DNA of 64,000 nucleotides from an uncultured Acidobacteriota bacterium (lineage in GTDB: Bacteria > Acidobacteriota > Thermoanaerobaculia > UBA5066 > Gp7-AA6), in the NCBI GenBank assembly GCA_963764715.1, contig CAVXTP010000021.1, positions 288,001-352,000 of the forward strand. The letters run 5' to 3'. Positions 58,718 through 64,000 of this stretch are shown one piece after another; positions within the stretch are counted from its first letter, which is position 1; each line of letters begins with the position of its first letter. The position numbers and the translations under genes were made by a program. The notes beneath the pieces are model-generated. The model was not told where the DNA came from and searched no databases. It worked only from the letters and a program-made list of their open reading frames with translations.

Positions 58718-60916
58718 CTACTGCAGGCCGAACGTCTTGGTGATGAAGACGGCCATCTGCCCTCGCGTCGAGGAGTTGTCGGGACAGTACAGAGGCGGCA
58801 TGGCGGAGCAGCCGCCGGTGATCTGCTCGGCGGCGAGGCGTTCGATGAAGTCGACGGCGGGCGCTCCCGGGCACGGGACGTCGTCGAAAACGCCGGTGCA
58901 GGCGGGCGGGACGTAGGACGAGCCGTACTTCGTCTTCAGCAGGAAGACGGCCATCTGCCTCCGTGTCACGAGGTTGTTGGGGCAGAAGTTGCCCCCGCCG
59001 CAGCCGGTGGTGATGCCCTGGGCCGCGAGCTCCTCGATCCAGTCGGCGAAGGTCGAGGGGCAGGCGACGTCGGGGAAGGTTCCGGAGCAGGTGGGCGGGA
59101 CGTAGCAGAGGCCGTTTTTTGCCTTGAGCAGGAAGACGGCCATCTGCTGGCGCTTGGTGCCCTGGTCGACGCCGTAAAGACCTCCGCCGACTCCGGCGGT
59201 GATGCCGTTGGAGACGAGGGTGACGACGAAGGAGTGGAACTGGTGACCGCTGGGGACGTCGAGGAAGTCCGAGACCCAGCCCTTGACCAGGGTGGCCGTG
59301 GTTCCGTCCGGGGTCGAGGCGACGACGTCGTGCGAAGTCCCCGGGGGAAAGGCCGGCATCGTGCCGCCGAGCGAGTGGTCGTTGACGAAGGTCACGCCGT
59401 CGGCCGGGACGCCGCCCACGGTCAGCGTCGTGGGATCGGCGAAGTCGGTGCCGGACGCCGTGAACGGCGTGCCTCCGTCGGCCGGCCCCGAAGCCGGGCT
59501 GATCGCGAAGAGGATGCGCTGCGAGAACTCCGACGTGTTGCCGTTGGAATCGGTCGCCGTTGCGGAGATCCGGGCGCCGGCTTCGGTCTCGACGGGCAGC
59601 GTGACGTCGATCGAGGCGTTGCCGCCGGCGTCGGTCGTGACCTGGGACGATCCGAGGTAGACCTCGCCCTCGGCGAGCTCGCGCGGAAATTTCGCGCACG
59701 CGGGATTGGAGTAGAAGTCGAGATCGAAGGTGGTCGAGGGCGCGCTGTTGAATTTGCCCAGGATCCGCGTGCTTCCGGCGCCCTGCGGGGCCGAATGCTC
59801 GATTGACTGCAGGATCGGATAGTTCTGCAGGCCGTTGACACCGACATCGGCATCCAGCGGGTCGTTGAACCCCGGACCGACGTCGCCGAGGTCGATGCCC
59901 AGGCCCCCATTGTCGTGGATCGAGTTGCCCCGGATCTCGTTCTTCGAGCCCCCGTTGGTCGTCACGATGACGCCGGAGGCGGAATTGAAGGCGATGACGT
60001 TCGACTCGCCCGGCGCGAACCCGCCGATCGTCGTCGTGTCGCCACCGACGTTCATGACGATGCCGTCGCCGTTGCCGAGCGGCCCGTTGCCGTCGGCCGT
60101 CGTCCCGATGCGATTGCCAAAGACGACGTGGTTGGTGTTGCTCTGCGAGAGAAAGATCCCGATCCCGTTGCCGGAGATGACGTTGCCGGCGCCGGACACG
60201 GTTCCCCCGATCGTCACCGGCGCGCTCGAGGCGAGGATGCCGATGCCGTTCGAAATGGCGCGAGTCCCCGTCGCGTCGGTCCCGACCAGGTTGCCTTGAA
60301 TGAGGCCGTTCGGGCCCAGGCCGATCGCCGCGTTGAGGCAGCAGGCGGCGTTGCCGGAGATGAGGTTCCGGTCGCCGGGCGCCGTCCCCCCGACCCGCTC
60401 GCCCGGCGCACCCGCGTTCACGCCCCCGCTGTTGGGCTGCGCGAAGGCGCCCGTGGGGTCCGTCCCCACGAAATTGCCTCGGAAGACGTTGCCGCCGCCG
60501 CCGAAGCTGTGCACGGGCGTGCCCCAGCGATTGATCGCCAGGCCCTGGATCGTCGCGCCGCCGTTGGGTGAGACGGAAAGGCCGACCCCTCCGATCGCGC
60601 TCCCGTCGAGCTCGATGAGGATGACGGCGTTGGTGGCGATGGGGGCCGTGTTCTCGCTCGCGCCGGGCTGTGAGTAGCCGTCGAGCAGGGCGGCTTCGGA
60701 GAGGGCCGGCAATACCGCCGCGGGCGTGATCGTGTGGACGCCGGCGCCCGGAATGGCGAATGCGATGGTGTCGAAGCCCGGGGTGCCGTTGGCGTCGAGG
60801 ATCGCCTGTCGCAGCGACCCCGCGCCCGAGTCCCCGGTATTCGTCACCGTGAATGTGGCCGCCGGGAGCTGGCACGAGGCCATGAGGAGAAGACCCGCGG
60901 TGAGCCGAAACTTCAT
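58718..60916 (-). CDS. Secreted beta-helix + IPT/TIG + SLH-like surface protein (paralog 1, promoter-proximal)
   Basis: Same architecture; AGGAG RBS before ATG 60916. Confidence 0.85.
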   Translation of the reverse strand: MKFRLTAGLLLMASCQLPAATFTVTNTGDSGAGSLRQAILDANGTPGFDTIAFAIPGAGVHTITPAAVLPALSEAALLDGYSQPGASENTAPIATNAVILIELDGSAIGGVGLSVSPNGGATIQGLAINRWGTPVHSFGGGGNVFRGNFVGTDPTGAFAQPNSGGVNAGAPGERVGGTAPGDRNLISGNAACCLNAAIGLGPNGLIQGNLVGTDATGTRAISNGIGILASSAPVTIGGTVSGAGNVISGNGIGIFLSQSNTNHVVFGNRIGTTADGNGPLGNGDGIVMNVGGDTTTIGGFAPGESNVIAFNSASGVIVTTNGGSKNEIRGNSIHDNGGLGIDLGDVGPGFNDPLDADVGVNGLQNYPILQSIEHSAPQGAGSTRILGKFNSAPSTTFDLDFYSNPACAKFPRELAEGEVYLGSSQVTTDAGGNASIDVTLPVETEAGARISATATDSNGNTSEFSQRILFAISPASGPADGGTPFTASGTDFADPTTLTVGGVPADGVTFVNDHSLGGTMPAFPPGTSHDVVASTPDGTTATLVKGWVSDFLDVPSGHQFHSFVVTLVSNGITAGVGGGLYGVDQGTKRQQMAVFLLKAKNGLCYVPPTCSGTFPDVACPSTFADWIEELAAQGITTGCGGGNFCPNNLVTRRQMAVFLLKTKYGSSYVPPACTGVFDDVPCPGAPAVDFIERLAAEQITGGCSAMPPLYCPDNSSTRGQMAVFITKTFGLQ

Positions 60917-60980
60917 CGGAAGGCTCCTGGTCAAAATGCCTGGAACGACGGCTCGGGGCGGGCGGCACGCACCCGTCCTG

Positions 60981-61015
60981 CTTACATCCGCGAGAAAGCG
61001 CGACAAACCGTGTCA
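60981..61015 (-). promoter_or_regulatory. Putative ECF-sigma promoter of the array, copy 1
   Basis: TGACACGGTTTGTCGCGCTTTCTCGCGGATGTAAG, similar to 29487-29521. Confidence 0.45.
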
Positions 61016-61113
61016 ACCCGCTACAGCCGGACGGCGGGATCTGAGTCCAAGCCTCTGCCGGTGCTCGAGTTATGCCCCGATTCGGAGTTCGTATCTAATA
61101 GCGGCACACGACC

Positions 61114-61701
61114 ATGGAAACCAGGGACGGGAATCCCCCCGGCGAGGTGACCCGCCTCCTGCTGGCGTGGAATGCCGGCGATCGGGCGGCGCTCGAGCGG
61201 CTGATGCCGCTCGTGTACGGGGAATTGCGCCGTCTCGCCGAGCGCCACTTCCGGCGGGAACGCCCGGGGCACACCCTCCAGCCGACCGCGGTCGTCCACG
61301 AGGCGTACTTCCGGCTGATCGACCAGACCCGCGTCACCTGGCGCAACCGCGGCCACTTCCTGGCGATCGCCTCGCAGGCGATGCGGCGGATCCTGATCGA
61401 CCATGCGCGAGGCCGGGACGCCGAAAAGCGTGGCGGCCGAGCCGAGCGCGTGACGCTCGACCTCGGCATGGAGCTGGCGTCGCCCGAGCCGGGTCGCGTC
61501 GTCGACCTTCTCGCCCTCGACGAGGCCCTCGAGCGGCTCAAGACGCTCGACGGCGCCCAGGCGCAGATCGTGGAGCTGCGCTTCTTCGGCGGCCTCACCA
61601 TCGAAGAGGCGGCCGACGTGATGGAGACCTCGCCCTCTTCGGCCAAGCGGGATTTCCGTTCGGCGAAAGCCTGGCTCTACCGCGAGCTCGGACTGGGATG
61701 A
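61114..61701 (+). CDS. ECF sigma factor, TIGR02999/ECF43-like (kinase-associated)
   Basis: EVT.LL.AW..GD..A...L.PLVY.ELRR, TLQPTAVVHEAY, MRRILID.AR...KRGG and VELRFFGGL motifs. Confidence 0.92.
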   Translation: METRDGNPPGEVTRLLLAWNAGDRAALERLMPLVYGELRRLAERHFRRERPGHTLQPTAVVHEAYFRLIDQTRVTWRNRGHFLAIASQAMRRILIDHARGRDAEKRGGRAERVTLDLGMELASPEPGRVVDLLALDEALERLKTLDGAQAQIVELRFFGGLTIEEAADVMETSPSSAKRDFRSAKAWLYRELGLG

Positions 61702-64000
61702 CGCCCGAGCGCTGGAAACGCGTGCGGGAGGTCTTCGACCGCGCCGCGGATCTGGCGCCGGGAGATCGGGACGCGCTCCTGGACGCGGAGTGCGGAGCGG
61801 ACGCGGCGCTGGAGTCCGAGGTCCGGTCGCTCCTCGCTTCGGGAGCCGCGGCCGGCGCCTTTCTCGAGGTCCCCGCGGTGGAGCAGGTCACTCGCTGGGC
61901 GCCCCCGCCGGAGGAGCCGCTTCCTTCCCGGATCGGAACCTGGGAAATCCTGCGCGCGGTCGGCCACGGCGGAATGGGCGCCGTCTACCTCGGGGTGCGG
62001 CGCGACGGCGAGTTCGAGCGGACCGCCGCCGTCAAGCTCGTGCGCCGGGGCATGGACACGGACTTCATCCTGCGGCGCTTCCGGACCGAGCGCGAGATCC
62101 TCGCGGGGCTCGACCATCCGAACATCGCGCGCCTGCTCGATGGCGGATCGACGGCGGAGGGGCTGCCGTACTTCGCGATGGAGTACGTCGAGGGCCGGCA
62201 CCTGCTCGAGGCCTGCGAGGCGCGGGAATGGGGGGAGCGGGAACGGATCGGGCTCTTCCTCCAGGTCTGCGACGCCGTGGGCTACGCCCACCGGCACCTC
62301 GTGGTCCACCGGGACCTCAAGCCCTCCAACATCCTCGTCACGGAAGAAGGATCGCCGAAGCTCCTCGACTTCGGCCTCGCGCGGCTCCTGCAGCCGGACG
62401 CGGGGCCCTCACGCGAGCGCACCGAGACGATGTTCCGCCTCCTCACGCCGGACTACGCCAGCCCCGAGCAGGTGCGCGGGGAGCGCATCACGACGGCCGC
62501 CGACATTTACTCGCTCGGCGTGGTGCTCTATCACCTGCTCGCCGGCCGCGGTCCCTATCGGACCACGGGCTCGGCCGAGGCGATCGCCCGGGCCGTCTGC
62601 GACCAGGAGCCCGAGCGGCCGGGGCTGGCCCGGGACCTCGACAACATCATCCTCATGGCGCTGCGCAAGGAGCCCGAGCGCCGTTACGACTCGGTCGGGG
62701 CGTTCGCGGAGGACCTGCGGCGCTACCTCGAGGGGCGGCCGGTGCTGGCGCGCAAGGACACGCTGGCGTACCGGGGCGCCAAGTTCGTCGCGCGGCACAA
62801 GGCCGGGACGGCCGTGGCGGCGCTCGGCGCGGCGGCCCTCGTCGCGGCTCTCGCCGCCGCCGTCCACCAGGCCCGGGTCGCCGGGCTCGAGCGGGCCGCC
62901 GCCGAGCGCCACTTCAACGAGGTCCGGCAGCTCGCGGACTCGTTCCTCTTCGAGTTCCACGACGCGATCAAGGACCTTCCCGGCTCGACGCCCGCCCGCG
63001 AGATCGTCGTGCGTCGAGCGCTCGAGTACCTCGAGAAGCTTTCGAGCGTGAAGAGCGGCGATCCTGATCTTCAGCGCGAGCTCGCCTCGGCGTACGAGCG
63101 CGTGGCCAGGGTCCAGGGGGGGCTCTTCGAGTCCCACCTCGGCGACACGGAGGGCGCGCGCCGCAGCCTCCTGCGGGCGGTGGCGATCCGCGAGAATCTG
63201 GCGGCGGCCGACGGGGCGGCGCCGGGCGACCGGGCGGCCCTCGCCGAGGCCCAGCTCCAGCTCGCGCAGGTGTTGATGGTGGCGGGCGACGCCTCGGGGG
63301 CGGCGTCGCGCGCGCGGGCGGCGGTCGCGGCGCTGTCCGCCCTGTCGTCGGCCGCGCCGGCGGACCGCCTGCTCCAGGCGCGGCGGGCGCGGGCGGAGCG
63401 CTATCTCGGCGCGGCGCTCGCCCGCGGCGGCTCCCGCGACGAGGGCATCGAGCACCTCGCCTCGGCGGCCCGGACTTTCGCGAGCCTCGCGGAGGCCGAC
63501 GCCGCGAGCACCTCGTACCGGCGCGAGCTCGGCATCACGCACCAGATGATCGTCCATGCGCTCGGGGGAAGCGGCGAGCGCGAGCGCGCGCTCGAGAGCT
63601 ACCGCACGGCGGTGGCGCTGCAGGAGGACCTGGTCCGCGCCGAGCCAGGGAACTTTTCGCTTCGGCGCGAGCTCGCCTACACCCACGTGAGCCTGGGGGA
63701 GTTCTTCGAGTGGAGCGGCGATTCGAAGGGCGCCCTGCAGGCCTACCTCACGGCGCTGCCGATTCTCGAGTCGCTCGTGGCCTCGGACCCGCGCAACGCG
63801 GACGCGCGGCTGCTCCTGGCCGAAGCCTGCAACAGCGTGGGCTACGGCCAGGCGATGGCGGGCCAGACCGAGGCGGCGCTCGCCAACCTCCGACGCTCCC
63901 AGGGCCTCTTCGACCGGATCGCCGCCTCCGACCCGGCCAACGCCCGGGCCGCCCTGGGCCTCGCCCGGCTCTACGAGAGCTTCGCGACGGCCCAGGCCGC
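61698..64000 (+). CDS. Hanks-type Ser/Thr protein kinase with TM helix and TPR-like domain (runs off the window)
   Basis: MTPERW start with ATGA overlap; GHGGMGAVY, AVK, HRDLKPSN, DFG and TPDYASPEQ motifs; TM segment followed by helical repeats. Not in the ORF track. Confidence 0.95.
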   Translation, partial: MTPERWKRVREVFDRAADLAPGDRDALLDAECGADAALESEVRSLLASGAAAGAFLEVPAVEQVTRWAPPPEEPLPSRIGTWEILRAVGHGGMGAVYLGVRRDGEFERTAAVKLVRRGMDTDFILRRFRTEREILAGLDHPNIARLLDGGSTAEGLPYFAMEYVEGRHLLEACEAREWGERERIGLFLQVCDAVGYAHRHLVVHRDLKPSNILVTEEGSPKLLDFGLARLLQPDAGPSRERTETMFRLLTPDYASPEQVRGERITTAADIYSLGVVLYHLLAGRGPYRTTGSAEAIARAVCDQEPERPGLARDLDNIILMALRKEPERRYDSVGAFAEDLRRYLEGRPVLARKDTLAYRGAKFVARHKAGTAVAALGAAALVAALAAAVHQARVAGLERAAAERHFNEVRQLADSFLFEFHDAIKDLPGSTPAREIVVRRALEYLEKLSSVKSGDPDLQRELASAYERVARVQGGLFESHLGDTEGARRSLLRAVAIRENLAAADGAAPGDRAALAEAQLQLAQVLMVAGDASGAASRARAAVAALSALSSAAPADRLLQARRARAERYLGAALARGGSRDEGIEHLASAARTFASLAEADAASTSYRRELGITHQMIVHALGGSGERERALESYRTAVALQEDLVRAEPGNFSLRRELAYTHVSLGEFFEWSGDSKGALQAYLTALPILESLVASDPRNADARLLLAEACNSVGYGQAMAGQTEAALANLRRSQGLFDRIAASDPANARAALGLARLYESFATAQA

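Overview
High-GC bacterial DNA from a diderm (it carries bamD), most likely Acidobacteriota of the Thermoanaerobaculia type. That assignment is an inference from the Cys-rich SLH-like proteins, the PASTA-rpe-bamD synteny and the ECF/kinase pair. Bases 1-27 kb hold mostly housekeeping and envelope genes: tandem YfhO-like GT-C membrane proteins, a PHP hydrolase, PASTA, rpe, bamD, a Fis-like protein, tatA, an AmgK-like kinase, cyclophilin, thiO, a Tes/MJ0619-family radical SAM enzyme, a DEAD-box helicase, YciH, RecQ, a secreted pentein enzyme and typA. Bases 27-61 kb are an array of 14 paralogous minus-strand secreted proteins, each with a variable beta-helix N-terminus, an IPT/TIG domain and conserved Cys-rich SLH-like repeats (one member has a GloVer-type propeller instead). 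The array is divergent from an ECF sigma factor plus Ser/Thr kinase. The most striking unexplained signal lies in the array spacers. A ~63-nt two-hairpin element with compensatory base changes occurs in four copies, one nested inside another. The three outer copies are each fused at T^TC to an orphan duplicate of the family's 3' end, and each of those spacers forms an in-frame mini-ORF overlapping the upstream stop codon. Two more orphan tails, mosaic paralogs, a RAPP-motif leader peptide and a shared putative ECF promoter suggest an actively remodelled and regulated surface-protein cassette array. No recombinase, transposase or reverse transcriptase is visible in the window.
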